Shown: piece by piece, positions 36,695 through 50,265 of the stretch | Layout: each line of letters begins with the position of its first letter | Position numbering within the stretch: the first letter of the stretch is position 1 | Source: Podarcis tiliguerta | Lineage: Eukaryota | NCBI GenBank assembly: GCA_965153285.1 | Contig: OZ229119.1 | DNA: 64,000 bases | Strand: one strand, 5' to 3' | Notes under the pieces: model-generated | Databases searched by the model: none | What the model was told of the DNA's origin: nothing | Seen by the model: only the letters and a program-made list of their open reading frames with translations | Position numbers and translations under genes: made by a program

Positions 36695-36954
36695 CAGTGG
36701 TACCTCTGGATACGAACGGAATCCGTTCCGGAGCCCCGTTCACATCTAGAAGCAAACGTAACTAGTGATGGCACGTCTGCGCACGCGCGTGTCACTTTTC
36801 GCCACTTCTGCGCATGCGTGTGACGTCATTTTGAGCATCTGCGCATGCGCAAGCGGCAAAACCCTGAAGTAACACACTCTGTTACTTCCGGGTTGCCGCG
36901 GAGCGCAACTCAAACGCGCTCAACCCGAAGCGCATTCAACCCGAGGTCTGACTA
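36695..36954. mobile_element. Tigger-type MITE family B
   Basis: TA|CAGTGGTACCTC start; internal TGCGCATGCG repeats; reverse-complement relative of the 13268 copy. Confidence 0.8.
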
Positions 36955-38443
36955 TTTTTTTATCCCTTCTTTTTGTCAAGGTGAAGACATTTGTGAGTTA
37001 TAATGATGTTGGGAAGCCATCAGGCTGCTGAGATTGCTTTGCTCAAGGCTGGCGCTTTTTAGCATCTTTCTGCTGGAACCTCTGAATCATTCAATAAGAA
37101 ACTGGAAGGGAACTTTTATTTTTTATTTTTTTATCAGCTTTGCTAGCTACTGAAGAAAAAGTATTTCCCAAAACTGCTGGAATGAAAGGGGATAGATTTA
37201 TACGAAGATTTAAAAATAAAAATGTTAGGCATATTTTCCTCAAAATACCATGGATTGCTTTTAGAGCTAGATTGGAATATTTGTGTAAAGCTGCAATGTT
37301 TGGCCTCACAAAGACAGGATATATTTTATGCCCTTAATTGAAATTTATGGGAACTTTAACAGCTCATCCCAACTGGAACTGGCAACTTTAGCCCCAATAT
37401 GGGTCTGGAGATAGGTTACTATCTTTTTATGTGCAGTTTTATAGGAAATAGTTTACATTCAAGATGGGGGGATTAATATTTATTTTCCATATTTTGATCG
37501 CCTGCCTGCAATCTTAAAATATGAATGAAATTGCCCATTGTTTCACAGTAATTGTAAGATGTACTGTTCGTGGGAAGGCTGGTGAGCAAAGCACTTTATT
37601 TAGAGCAAGTGTGGGGGACATTTGGCCCTATGGATGTTGCTGAACTACAACGCCCATCATCCCTGGCCATTGACCATGCTTGCTGGGCCTTGTAGTCTAT
37701 CAACATCTAGTGGGCCAAAGCCTCCCCTCACTAAAAACATTAGGCATGAGAAAAGCCCACCAGAAATCTAATTCCACAGCTGCCTCAGGACAAAGTCTCC
37801 AGAGCTTTGTGTAAGATCTGGACTGGAACACCTACAGAACATGATGCACCAGACCCAGGACTTTTTTTCCTAGCTGGAACTCGTCAGGACTCAGTTCTGG
37901 CACCTCTCAGGTGGGTGCCATTGCCACTCTAAGAGAACGAGGGAGGAGGATATCTACATTTTAAAATATATATCCAAATTTCTCCCAGGTCTGAGGATGA
38001 ATCAAGGTTTTGCCAAGGACCCACATTCTTTTGGAGCCTACCAGAACTTCAACCACAGAAGTGGCAGCAGGTAGCAAGTCAATGGGCAACTTCAAGGCCT
38101 TCGTTCTCCCTTCTTAGGGTTGTTTATTTTTAAACCTAGCTTGGACCAGACAGCCCTTCAGACAGAGGCTTGTCCTCTGTAAAGTAGGATACACAACCAT
38201 CTATATATTGCCTGACTGCGTGCTCCTGGGCTACAGGCTTTAGGTTTACAGAGAACTCTTTCTTAGAATGGAAGGGCATCTAAGTCCCACCTTTGGAAGG
38301 AGCAAATTTTATTTAAAAGATGCACTATATTCAAAAGCTTGCATGCACCAATGTCAACAGACACTCGAGAGTTTTATAGGATTTGCTGCAACCACCACAG
38401 CAACAGCTGTTTATACCAAATTAAAACCATACTTGTCCCCTGG

Positions 38444-38607
38444 GGTGCAGCAATAGAACTGCTAGTACATTTGCAAAGCTAAGGGTCCGGTATGGTTTCC
38501 AATTGGATGAGGGATCCTGTGTTGAGATTCTGGCATTGCAGGGGGTTGGACTAGATGACTTCTGAGGTCATTTCCGAACTCTACAATTCTATGAGTCTAT
38601 GATTCTA
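38444..38607 (+). mobile_element. 5S-like/CR1-tail repeat (copy 2)
   Basis: Aligns by eye with 10177-10290; ends in CR1 tail ATTCTATGAGTCTATGATTCT. Confidence 0.55.
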
Positions 38608-39317
38608 GATTCATTACTAAAGACAGGAATGGGAATTCTACTCATAAGGAATCCATTAAATGGGATGAGCCTTTGAAGCTACAAGCTGTCTTTTCAGACT
38701 CTTCTCGTCTGCCAGCCACTGATTTTAGGAATGTTTTAGAAATACCTGCCAGTGCATAAATGGAACTCATTTTGGTACTGGGAACCAAAGTTACAATCTC
38801 ACAAAAATACTAGAATGTATTGCATCTTCCAATTTATTAAGTAATAGCATCGACTTGTCTTAGTAATGATGGTGGTGATGATGATAGATGTGTTTTAAAA
38901 AGCAAAGTATCAGATTGGATGTAATAGCAGGGTTGCTCATTTTGATTTTAAAGACCAAGCCTGTTCTTTGAGCATTTTTAAACGTAACTCCCAACAATTT
39001 CTCACACCATAATTTGCCTTCCCATGACCTTGTTTTGGAATATACTCCATGCAGATGGTCAGTTTAACAGAAGGGATTCTCCAAATTCTGCCAATTCCCA
39101 GCTACATTTAAGTAGTCATGGAAGACTTCAGGGCATTTAGCCTCAGGGAAAAGAATTCTTCCTTTTTTCAGATCGATGTGGTAGGTACAAGACATTCTGA
39201 TAGTTATATTTTGAAACAACTACGCCATGTGCTAGGCACAGATTGCTAGGCACAGGATGAGATCTAACAAGTTAGATTTTTCTTGAGCATCTGGAGAAAC
39301 ATTGGTAGCAAGAGCAG

Positions 39318-39528
39318 AGCCAGTGTGGTTAGAGTATTGAACTATGGCCTTGGAGATCAGGGTTCGAGTCCCCACTCAGCCATGACTCTCACGGGGTGAC
39401 CTTGGGCCAGTCACCATCTCTTAGCCTAACCTACTTCACAGCGTCAGTGAAAGGATGAAATGCCAAAAAGAGGAACCATGTACACCACCTTGAGCTCCTT
39501 GGAAGATAAAAGTGGTCCATAAAGGTAA

Positions 39529-39559
<31 letters not shown>

Positions 39560-39565
39560 ATAAAT
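39318..39565 (+). mobile_element. Older CORE-type SINE with (TAAC)n/(TAAA)n tail
   Basis: GGTTCGAGTCCC B-box and GTGACCTTGGGCCAGTCAC core. Confidence 0.7.
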
Positions 39566-41256
39566 AAGAGCAGTTCAACCACAGAAACCAGCAGGGTTTC
39601 TCCAAACCTGTAGTCCAAAAACAGCTGGAGACCCAAGTTTGGGAAACCCTGACCTAGAAGGTGAAGGTGGGCTGTTTCTTGCTGCAGGTCTTCAGACAGA
39701 GGCTGGACAGCCATCTGTTGGGTATGCTCTAGGTCTGGATTTCCTGCATTGGTGTACATCAGGTATGGGGAACCTTTGGTCCATGAGATGCTCCTGAACT
39801 ATGAGCCCAGCAAGCACAGCCAATGGGCAGGGACAGTGGGAGTTACGGTTCAGCAATATCTGGAAGGCCCAAAGTTCCCTACACCTTGACCACATGGAGT
39901 ATAAGGTCCCCTCCAGTTTTATGATCCATGGATCCAGCTTAACACCCCAAACTCATAAAAAATCAGCTTGCTGAAAACCAACCGGAAAAATCAATTGTGT
40001 CTTTTGAAAGACTGGCAGCAATCTTTTTTTTATAGAAAAAAAGCATGGCACATTCTACAATTGTCATAAGCAATTTGATTTAGTCACAGTTAAACTAACC
40101 AATGATGTTAGATTTAGGCAGGAGCCCAGCTGTTTGCTAGCAGAGGGTCGGGTTTGAGAGTGCCCTGGAATGAAAAATACCTGCATGGCTTTAAATCTGT
40201 CACCAACACCAAGATTAAGACGACCGCAAAATGGAAGCAAGCACATTTGTTGACGGTCACGAAGAAAGATGGCTTTGGAGCAAGAGAGCTGAAACCACAC
40301 GCTAATGCTAGCATGCTCTATTTGTTTGCTTTGCCAGGACAATCTCTGTGAGCTGAATATTATGTAACACAGAATGACGACAGTGGACAAAAGCAGAAAG
40401 CAAGACACACTGCCAACTATGTGCCCCAGAACCGAAGCAAAGAAATGTCAAAGAAAAGCTTGCCTATTCTCAAGAGAACTTGCACTTGTTTGTTGGAGAC
40501 AGGCTTTTTACCTTATGTGTCCAGCTGCTTCACAAACCTACCCCCACTGGTCAGCAAGGCTCTTTAAAACAATGTTAGCAAGAGAAATGTATTCTTGCAG
40601 ATCAGAAAATTCAAATTCAGGTCAGAAACCCAAGCGAACCCATATCTCTCTTTGAATCAGTGGAGTCATTCTCACAGGCCTGATGTACAAACACTTTGCC
40701 AATCGCCCCCCCCCCCTTTTTTTTTTTTGCCTTCAGGGGAGGAGGAAGAAACAACTCCCTCTCCCTGAACAACAACAACAACAAATCCCACAACAAATCT
40801 GAGGGCCACTCCAGAGGATTACACCTTGTCCTCCTTTCACCTCTTTCATGTTCTTGGCTTTGCAAAAGCCCCAAGAAGAGGTTTGCCAGAGTGCTGCCAC
40901 AAGGGCCAAGTTTGGGCTTTTTAAATGCTTTTGCTTTATTGCATTTGCATTAGCAGGGGATTTTATTTGGCCCACGGTGAACAGTGTCCTGAACAAAGCA
41001 ACAGACATTAGGAGTTCTATGTAAGGGATAGTATAGCCAGGTGATAAGTGTGGCTGACTACATTCACCAGGGCTGTGGTTTTGGATCTTGGGGCCTAACT
41101 AAACACTGCACGCAAATGCATGTAACAAAATTCCCAACAGCCTTTTAAAGGGAGGGAGAGAGGGAAAGACTAAGAGAAGCTGCCTAAGGAAGGGCCAGTT
41201 AGAGCACAGAGGTAGAGAAAGACTGTGTGTGTGTGTGTGTGTGTGTACACAATGTA

Positions 41257-41497
41257 CAGTGGTACCTCTGGTTACATCGCTTCAGGTTACATACGCTTCA
41301 GGTTACAGACTCCCCTAACCCAGAAATATTACCTCAGGTTAAGAACTTTGCTTCAGCATGAGAACAGAAATCATGCTCCGGCGGCATGGCGGCAGCAGGA
41401 GGCCCCATTAGCTAAAGTGGTGCTTCAGGTTAAGAACAGTTTCAGGTTAAGAACGGACCTCCGGAATGAATTAAGTACTTAACCCGAGGTACCACTG
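41257..41497. mobile_element. Tigger-type MITE family A
   Basis: TA flanks and TIRs. Confidence 0.9.
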
Positions 41498-42549
41498 TAT
41501 ATTTAAAGCACCCTCCTGAACCCTTCATTCCTCACAGAGCTACAATTCCCAGCACCCTTAAACCACAGGTCTCAACATTTATTGCCGGGGTGGTGGTGTT
41601 AAATGTGCTTTAAATGTGTGGTGTGTATACAATCAGAGGGTGCATGCTTAATCCTTCATCTCTCTGCCACAAACCATCTTCCCAAATGAGGAGGGAAAGT
41701 GCTATTGGGTGAGATTTACTGTAGAGCAGGGAAGTGATAGGTGGGGAAAGGGTTAAGCACCCTGTCTTCCTCTCCTTCCGATTTCCCCCCAATTTAGGCC
41801 ACTTCTTCCCCAAGTGACTGTTTTCATTAAAGAAAGGGCACTTGGGGTTTCACTGCACACATTTACGTGTAATGTTTAGGTAGGTTGTCCCTCTGTGGGC
41901 ATTTCTAATGAGATCGACAGGAGTGTTTTCCCCCTTCAAGGAAATAAATTGCCAAATGAGTCAGATGTCACTTTCCACCTGACAGACATCTTCCTGTTCA
42001 GGGGCTCATCAAGTGGCTAGTCCCTACAAAATCTCAGATTAAACGTCGTGGAAGACAACATTACCAGGTAGGAACTTCAGTGCCACTGCTTTGGGAAATG
42101 ACACACGGAACACAGTACCAAATTATGTTGGGGGGTTGTCCTGCACCCCTGGCCTACTGGCAGCAAATCTGGTGGCCAATCCACACAAGCAAATTCCCAA
42201 GATCAGGAAATGCAGTTGACGGTCAATCCAGGTAGCCAAGTCTCAAGGCCAGCAGTCGGGATACAGTCCAGAGTCAAACCTGAAGCACAGCCCCATAGAG
42301 GTCCAGGAGAGTCCAAGCCAAGCCCCATCAACATGGACAGTTGAGCAGACACAGCAGCTCAGCTCTGTTTTCCTTTTGTACTTTGCATGCTGATTGCTGT
42401 ATCTGGGCTTTTTGAGGCATGTGGGCCTTAACTGTTCTGAGCCTACTCCAGCTGAAGAATCACACACCTCTTTCCAAAGCTATCGAGTTCCACCTGGCCA
42501 ACAAGGGAACTGGGTTGTGGGCCCTGGCCTGCCCCAGCCCATTATTATA

Positions 42550-42918
42550 AAGGACCCCTGAATGGTTAAGTCCCGTCAAAGGCTACTATGGGGTGTGGCG
42601 CTCATCTCGCTTCAGGCTGAGGGAACCGGTGTTTGTCCAAAGACAGCTTTCCGGGTCATGTGGCCAGCATGACTAAACCACTTCTGGCGCAACGGAACAC
42701 CATGACAGAAGACAGAGCGCACAGAAATGCTGATCACCTTCCCACCACAGCGATACCTATTTATCTACTTGCACTGGGGTGCTTTCGAACTGCTAGGTTG
42801 ACAGGAGCTGGGACATAGCAATGGGAGCTCACTCCGTCGCGGGGATTCAAACTGCTGACCTTCCAATTGGCAAGCCCAAGAAGCTCAGTGGTTTAGACCA
42901 CATCGCCACCTGTGTCCC
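42550..42918 (-). mobile_element. Sauria SINE (more diverged copy)
   Basis: Reverse-complement Sauria body; TSD CCATTATTATA at 42539-42549 and 42923-42933. Confidence 0.85.
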
Positions 42919-44776
42919 ACCACCATTATTATACCCTGTACTGAAGCAAGAAAACTAAATTTTCAGTCAGTACAGTTGGATGGAATGGAAGGAAGGCTGT
43001 TCCTTTCCGAGTCAATGCTCCCAGGATTAGCTGAGCAGACTCAGGCTGTGTATACATTCCATTTAAGCTGCATTCAATGTGCTTCCACCGCTGGCTTAGG
43101 AAGGGGTGAACACACCACATTAGCTACTATCCACATATATGCTATAGTTTCTTAGGAAACGCTGGGTTTTGGTGTATTTCTCCACAAACCAGTATTGATC
43201 CAAACTGAGAAAAATAATGACCCAGTTGTTTTAATTCAGTAATGCGGACACAGCCTTAGTGGCATAGAGCTATGTTCATGCAGCAACAGTCATAAGGAGC
43301 AAAGGCCAAACATGCAGCCAACTTGCCACACTGCGTAGATACTACTGGACTTTCTGTTCAAACAGGCGCGTGCACACAATTCACAAAATTCCCCACTTAT
43401 TATCATATTAAAATCTTGATAACTTGCTCAATTTTTATGAAAGATTGTAGGCCATTTTTAAAGCCAGCTTTTTCCTTTCAGCCTTTCGCTTGACCCCCGA
43501 GGCTGAAATCCTATATACACTTTTTGGGAATAAGCTCAACCTTACTCAGTGCAGTTTACTTCTGCATAGAGGTGTAAGATTTCAGTGTTAGTCTCATGCC
43601 CAGTTGAAACATGCGGCCCAACCCCATGCAGGACCATTCGAAAATAGGCTCCATTGTGTTCAGCTGGGCATATACTCTTTAGGGTAAGAGCCAAAGTCAT
43701 ACACTGTATGTGTAATTGTATTTCATGCTCTGTGGATTTCATATGCAGCAGAATAGGAGGTGCTAGTATGGAGCATACCACTTCAGAGTGGAAATAGGGG
43801 ATGCTATTTTTAAATGTCCCCCCACCTCTCTATATATTTAAAAATCCTGCAAGTAAAAAACTAGCAGAAAGGTTCTAGTTCACATCCTGTGTGTCATTTT
43901 TCTTCTTGCAGTGAGCTTTTTGCGGGGGGGTTCCACACAAAGGAATATTCAAAATGCCATTTCCCCTAGCTTGGTCTGAAGTGGCACAGTCCATTCTACC
44001 ATGGCAAAACACCAACACCCCCTTGATCTGCTGCATGCACAACCCAGTGGTGAGCAGTTGGTTAAGCTTATTGTGTAGAATCAGCTGGTGCAGCTCCAAC
44101 TGGGCTTACCAAAGCCCAATTTCCTGCCATGCAAAAATATCCTTCGAGAGCAATAGGAATCTAGTCAACAGTTTCCACATTATATGTGCGCACACATGGC
44201 ATAAAAGAGATGACTACTGCTTGGCTCAAGACAACTGCCCCATTCTTTTTTGCCGAGGTGAACAATCCAAGGCAGGACTTTTGTTTCTGGCACTGGGACT
44301 CCGCAGACACCGATTAGGTTCTGTCTCCATAAATAAAGAACATAAACCTCAGCAATTTTTCTCCCGACATTCTGGTTGAACAATTTTTCACTGTTGAAGG
44401 AATAATGATGCCATGGTGAAAAACAGTCAACATGGCTTATGTAAGGGGGAAGAAGTCATGCTTCAACCTATTGGAACTATCTGGAGGCTGTCAACAGGCA
44501 TACAGTTCCTGGTGGCCCATTGAATAAAGTGTCAATAGCTTTTTAAAATTATTCCTTAAGCTTTGTATTAAGTTTCTTACCCAAGGCCCCTGTGGTGATA
44601 CAGTAGGATACCTGCCATTGAGTGGAACGTCAAAGCCTCTTTATGGTTTGGAAGCGACAGGAAATAAAGGGCAGGAATAAATGCAGTGAAATGAACTGGG
44701 CACTCAAGGCTGAATACTAGCACAAGTTATTTAAAACTGATAATCTAGAGCTCTGGTCTTCAGCAGGTGGGTTGGG

Positions 44777-45025
44777 AGAAGAAGATGAAGAAGAGTTTGG
44801 ATTTTATATCCCGCTTTATCACTACCCTAAGGAGTCTCAAAGCGGCTAACATTCTCCTTTCCCTTCCTCCCCCACAACAAACACTCTGTGAGGTGAGTGG
44901 GGCTGAGAGACTTCAGAGAAGTGTGACTAGCCCAAGGTCACCCAGCAGCTGCATGTGGAGAAGCGGGGAAGCGAACCCGGTTCACCAGATTACGAGTCTA
45001 CCGCTCTTAACCACTACACCACACC
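44777..45025 (-). mobile_element. Squam3-like CORE SINE
   Basis: Reverse complement of the 36093 copy, (GAA)n tail on plus. Confidence 0.85.
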
Positions 45026-45194
45026 GGCTCTGGGAGCCACTAGTGAGTCATGGAATGACCCAAGGTGGGGAGGAACAGAAGCTTTTCCGCCATGCAAATA
45101 TATGGTAAAATAGTAAGAAATGGATCTCCAAATGCATGTGGGTCTAAAAAGGTTGAAGACTACTGATCTAGAGGCAGGGTAAATAGGTCAAGCT

Positions 45195-45968
45195 TGCACG
45201 AGGATGTATTGTTTCCAGATGATGCAGCCTTGACAGCACACTCCAAGGAAGCTCTACAGAGACTCACCAACTGTTTTGCCCAAGCCTGCATGGAGTTCAG
45301 CCTGATGAAGATCAACATAGTGGGTCAGGACATGACCAGCACTCCACACATCAGCATTGAGGAACCTTTCCTTGGGCAAGCATATTGGTTATGGCAATGG
45401 CTCACCTCTCCAAAAGGAGACGGTCTAAGACGAAGAAGTACCAGGCTTGCGTGCTGAGCACGCTGCTTTATGGAAGTCGTGGGCAACTTACAACCGCCAA
45501 GAGCAAAGCCTCAATGCCTTCCATATGTACCGTGTCAGGAAGATTTGGGGCATCACATAGCAGGACAGCGTCTGAAACAAAGGTGTGCTCTCTCAAGTCT
45601 GGCTTCAGGCACCAGGCCCATTGGCAGATCAACTCTGTGTTCTAAAGATGTCTGCAAACAGTACATGAAGGCTGGCAGCATTAACTATGCTGTGTGGAAA
45701 TCCCCTGTAGACAGCCGCAGTGCCTGGAGACAGCCAGGACATGTATCTCCAGCGGTTTCCAGAGAAACTGGGAGGAGCACAGAGAGAGAAAATGCCATGG
45801 TGTATCTGGACACCTTCATCTGCCCCAGCTGCAACAAAACATGTCTCTCCCATATCGGTCTCTACAGCCACAGCGGGCACTGTAACTCTCCAATGGTTTA
45901 CTTTACCCCCACTGGCGCACTCTTCCCTCGTCTCTCAAGACAGACGGATGCCAACAACAGCAGCAGCA
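45195..45968 (+). mobile_element. Decayed RTE-clade LINE (RT and C-terminal fragments with frameshifts and deletions)
   Basis: LFPDDAALTAHSKEALQRL (RT F/Y-x-DD region), ACVLSTLLYGS, C-terminal CxxC...H (FICPSCNKTCLSHIGLYSH), (CAA/CAG)n tail. Confidence 0.85.
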
Positions 45969-46935
45969 CAAGGAGGAAGGCATAAAAGATGAGATAGTGC
46001 CAAAACCTCAACGAAGCAATGAAAAGTACAGAGGCTCAAATAATGCTAAAATTGAAACTTTATCAATGATACAATCCTTATAAAATACTGAAATCTCTCT
46101 GGAAAGGTGTTGGTTTCCTAGCAGAACCATGACAGAACTGAAGGTTGTCTTTAGCTAAAGCACACTGGGCGTTTCAATAGGGTTTTCTTTCCTAGCACCA
46201 TTTTGAAGGTTTGCTTTTCTTTGTGCCTTTAGGCTTGCACAGAACAACAACATATTTCAGAGCAATAAAATCCGTAGGAGATTGTAAAGAGTTCCATAAA
46301 CTTCCCTCCACGAGCTGCTTAAATCAATGTGGTTCCATGTTAATGTTTGCTGAGCACCCCATCAGCCATGCCTGACAATTAAGAGTAAAATTATTGTCAA
46401 GCCACTTGGCAGACTAGCTTGGTCACTCATACACCAGCCAGGTAACAGATAGCTACTTCTACTGTTAAATAAATATTGCCTGCAACACTAGAGAGATATT
46501 TTAGAGCAATGTGATAATAGTTTTATTTGAAAGCCATCTGAATTAATTTTGTGCTGGTTCAATAGGTCCTTTTTGTTAATTATTATATTGGAAGTCACTT
46601 CGGGGTGGCCTATAATGAAAATTAGTATAAATACATTCTGATTAGCAGCTGCTTTTTTCTACAAGCATAGGAAAAAGCAATTAATTTGTCATATGGTGAC
46701 TATCTGATCAGACTTCAAGCTGCCCACGCATTTATTTCTTCCCAGGGAAGTAGATCAATTATTATTTAAGGATTTGGGGGCAATACACACTACCAATATG
46801 GTCCTTGAGTGCCATCTACTGTGCAGTCAAGAAAGTATTATATATACATACAAAAAACCCTTAGCAATCTGATTTCTACAAGCAGTCCCCCTTTTATTTT
46901 GTTCAGCATTTATGTTAACCTACATATATTTTTAA

Positions 46936-47300
46936 GGGACGCGGGTGGCGCTGTGGGTTAAAGCCTCAGTGCCTAGGGCTTGCCGATCGAAAGGTCGGCG
47001 GTTCGAATCCCCGCGGCGGGGTGCGCTCCCGCTGTTCGGTCCCAGCGCCTGCCAACCTAGCAGTTCAAAAGCATCCCTGGGTGCAAGTAGATAAATAGGG
47101 ACCGCTTACTAGCGGGAAGGTAAACGGCGTTTCCGTGTGCGGCTCTGGCTCGCCAGAGCAGCTTCGTCATGCTGGCCACGTGACCCGGAAGTGTCTTCGG
47201 ACAGCGCTGGCCCTTGGCCTCTTTGAGTGAGATGGGCGCACAACCCTAGAGTCTGTCAAGACTGGCCCGTACGGGCAGGGGTACCTTTACCTTTACCTTT
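46936..47300 (+). mobile_element. Full-length young Sauria SINE
   Basis: A and B boxes, (ACCTTT)3 tail; TSD TACATATATTTTTA at 46921-46934 and 47302-47315. Confidence 0.93.
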
Positions 47301-47896
47301 TTACATATATTTTTACATCTCAGATTTTCACCACAGATATTTTGTCCTTCCTTTTCCAAAAGAACAGAGAAATATTTTTTTTAAAAAACAACAACAACAA
47401 AATGATTCCCCTGTCAAGTAAAGAAAAGCCTGTATGTGCATTTAGTTAATTTATAAAGTTACTTATGGCGCATGTGCACCCATCTCCTGGAAGTGTTTTA
47501 GTATCACTAATGGAAAAGACAGACTTTGACCCCAGTCCAGAGCTAGTTAGTTTTTCTAACTCCTGCTGAGTTCAATGGGATGTTATTGCCAAGTAAATGT
47601 GTATAGCATAGATCAGTGGTGTAGCGTGGGTTGCCAGGGCCCGGGGCCACATGGAGGGGGGGAGGTAGGGAAATGGATAGAGTATGCATGCACATTCAAC
47701 TGCCTAATAGCGTCACCCAGGAGATCACAGCTATAGATAAGAAGGGTCCTTCCATTGTCTGGAGAGGTCACTTCCTGGTTTGCATGGAGCAGTTTTCAAT
47801 GGCATGCAACTCCTGGAGAACTGGCCAGCACTCAACGTAGCCCTTGGCCCAAAAAAAGAATGTAGCCACCCCTGTTAGATCTCAATAGAACATGTA

Positions 47897-48335
47897 TAAT
47901 AATAATAATTTATTATTTATACCCCGCCCATCTGGCTGAGTTTCCCCAGCCTCTCTGGGCAGCTCCCAATCAAGTATTAAAAACAATACAGCGTGAAATA
48001 TTAAAAACTTCCCTGAACAGGGCTGCCTTCAGATGTCTTTTAAAGATAGGATAGCTACTTATTTCCTTCATATCTGAAGGGTGTTCCACAGGGTGGGCGC
48101 CACTACCGAGAAGGCCCTCTGCCTGGTTCCCTGTAACCTTACTTCTTGCAATGAGGGAACCGCTGAGGGCCTTCTGGATCTCAGTGTCCGGGCTGAACGA
48201 TGGGGGTGGAGATGCTCCTTCAGGTATACAGGGCCAAGGCCGTTTAGGGCTTTAAAGGTCAGCACCAACACTCTGAATTGTGTTCGGAAACGTACTGGGA
48301 GCCAATGCAGATCTCTCAGAACCGGTGTTATGTAG
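47897..48335 (-). mobile_element. L2 LINE 3' fragment
   Basis: ORF 48068..48340 ITPVLRDLHWLPVRFR...LTFKALNGLGP is the characteristic L2 ORF2 C-terminal motif; (TTA)n tail. Confidence 0.88.
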
Positions 48336-48673
48336 CCCAAAAGGCCAAGTTAGCCGTGACTAACTGAAGGCCATGGCTAGCCTGAGGACATGAGGAAGAT
48401 GCCTCAGGCAGCAGATGTTGAGGGGCAGGCAGTGGTGGTGAGGCAAGGACAGAGTTGCCTGTGCCATAAAGGTTTTCCTGCACCCGCTAAGCTAGCTTAG
48501 TGCCCTCGGGTGCAACAGAGGCAGCTAGTGCTGAAGTAATATTCAATGGTTAGTTTCTGTAGCCAGAACATCTTATTCTGAAGCAGCGAGAACCCTTGAG
48601 CAAGCCTTGCTGAAGCCCCTTTAGGTTCAAAAAGGACCTGAAGCACAACAACCTCTCTTTAGATCAGGGCCAG

Positions 48674-48679
48674 TTTATT
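48674..48679 (-). terminator. Candidate proximal DRAM1 polyadenylation signal
   Basis: AATAAA on the minus strand about 510 nt after the stop; more distal sites are possible. Confidence 0.35.
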
Positions 48680-49186
48680 TCCTAATACATAAAAGCAGAC
48701 ATTACTATCCACAATGAATACTAGGCATTTTAAAACGCAATCTTAAGCACAGTCAGTTGAAAGAAAGCCCCACCAACTTCACCAATGGGACCGAGTTCAC
48801 CAGACTGCAGCCTGAGTTTTACTTTGAGGCCATCGTGACTTCCAACAAATAGAAAGAAGGCGACAGTTGTCGAGGAGGGACGTCGCTTCCTCTTCTTTTT
48901 CCCCAGAAGTTAACGTTTTTCAGACATTCCCATTTTAAAAAATGAAACTGGAAAGAAGTATTTAAAAATACAAAAAGGATTTAGAACACAGGTTAAAGGG
49001 GGAAACGAGGCACATGGGGATATTAGTAAAAGTAAAAATAGTCTCTCCCTTGACTATGATTATGCAAACTTGCAGCGTTGATCCACCAGGTTTGCGTCAC
49101 ACCAGATTTTACCGTTCTGGAGTCTCCCCAACAGTTTCTTTAATGCCCTCGACCCCAGCTTCTATGATTCAAACTATAAAAAGTGG

Positions 49187-49231
49187 TCATAGGTTTCCAT
49201 GTAGCTCTGTTGTTATCCGTATTGTAACTCC
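49187..49231 (-). CDS. DRAM1: DRAM1 last coding exon (GVTIRITTELHGNL*)
   Basis: ctctttttgttccag acceptor, TGA stop; matches human SVTLRISTEINGDI*; total CDS 717 nt = 238 aa. Confidence 0.92.
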   Translation of the reverse strand, partial: GVTIRITTELHGNL

Positions 49232-50265
49232 CTGGAACAAAAAGAGAATGAGAATAACCCGTCACTGCAAAGTACTGGCTGCACATGTGTTACGTGGTGG
49301 CAGGCATGTAGACAGAATAGTGACAAAATATTTGGCATTAGTAGAAAAAGGTTCATTTCATCTAGTATTTGAAGAGAGCTGGGGCCCCAATCTTAAATAT
49401 AATTTAAATTCAGGCAAAGCTAATAAAATTGACCTCATCCCAAAACAGACTGGCTACAACCCAAAGTCATGCATACGTGTATCTATGGTGAACAGATTTT
49501 GTTTAAAAAATGCACCTGTCTACTGCCAGAATTGGCAACTAAAGGCTGGGTACGGGCAGTAGTTTTTCAGAAACTCGAATGTGTCTGAAACTGCAGTACT
49601 TTTTTCCAGTTCAGAATTAATGGCCAAAATTATCCACACTGCCGCTCTTTGTGGCTAAGGGTACCATATGCTGAATCCACCACTTTCAGGGACAAATAGG
49701 GGCCATGCAGAAATGATAAGAGGGCCGGAAAGGAGAATGTTAGCCGCTTTGAGACTCCTGAAGGGGAGTGAAAGGTGGGATATCAAATCCAAACTCTTCT
49801 TCTTCTTCTTCTTTTGGTTCAGGCTGTGGAATTCCCTTCCACTAGAGCTATGCGCATCCCCCTTGGTGACATATTTTTGTCACTGAAAACACAGCTGCTC
49901 TGTTCAAAATAGGAGGGTTAACAAGGTTATTGTGCTATTTGTTTTGTGACAATGTATTCTGCTGATGATCATTATTCTGCATTTATTGCTCTGTTCTATT
50001 TTGCATTTTATCACTAATAACATTTGTTGAAGGGCATCTACAAACAACAAGAGCAGCTGCAGCAGGTGGATTTTTGGCAGCATACTGGCATGGGCCCTTG
50101 ATCCAGATTCAGTGTGCATTCTGGAGTATGCGCCCCCATGGCTGCTTTTTCTTAAGAACAAAAATGACATTAAAAGCAATATGCTTATGGCAATGTACAG
50201 TTTGGCCCTCAGACTCTGAAGCCCTTTTGCTCTGAACATGAAACCTTTTGTTCTGCCATACCCAC

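Noticed and set aside
42126-42540. Possible solo LTR (starts TGTTG, short internal repeats)
   Set aside because: Could not identify a matching CA end, TSD or second copy.
43954-44379. 141-aa intergenic ORF
   Set aside because: No motif, splice structure or recognisable homology; consistent with chance.
49014-49562. 182-aa plus-strand ORF
   Set aside because: Antisense to the DRAM1 last exon and UTR, no recognisable domain.
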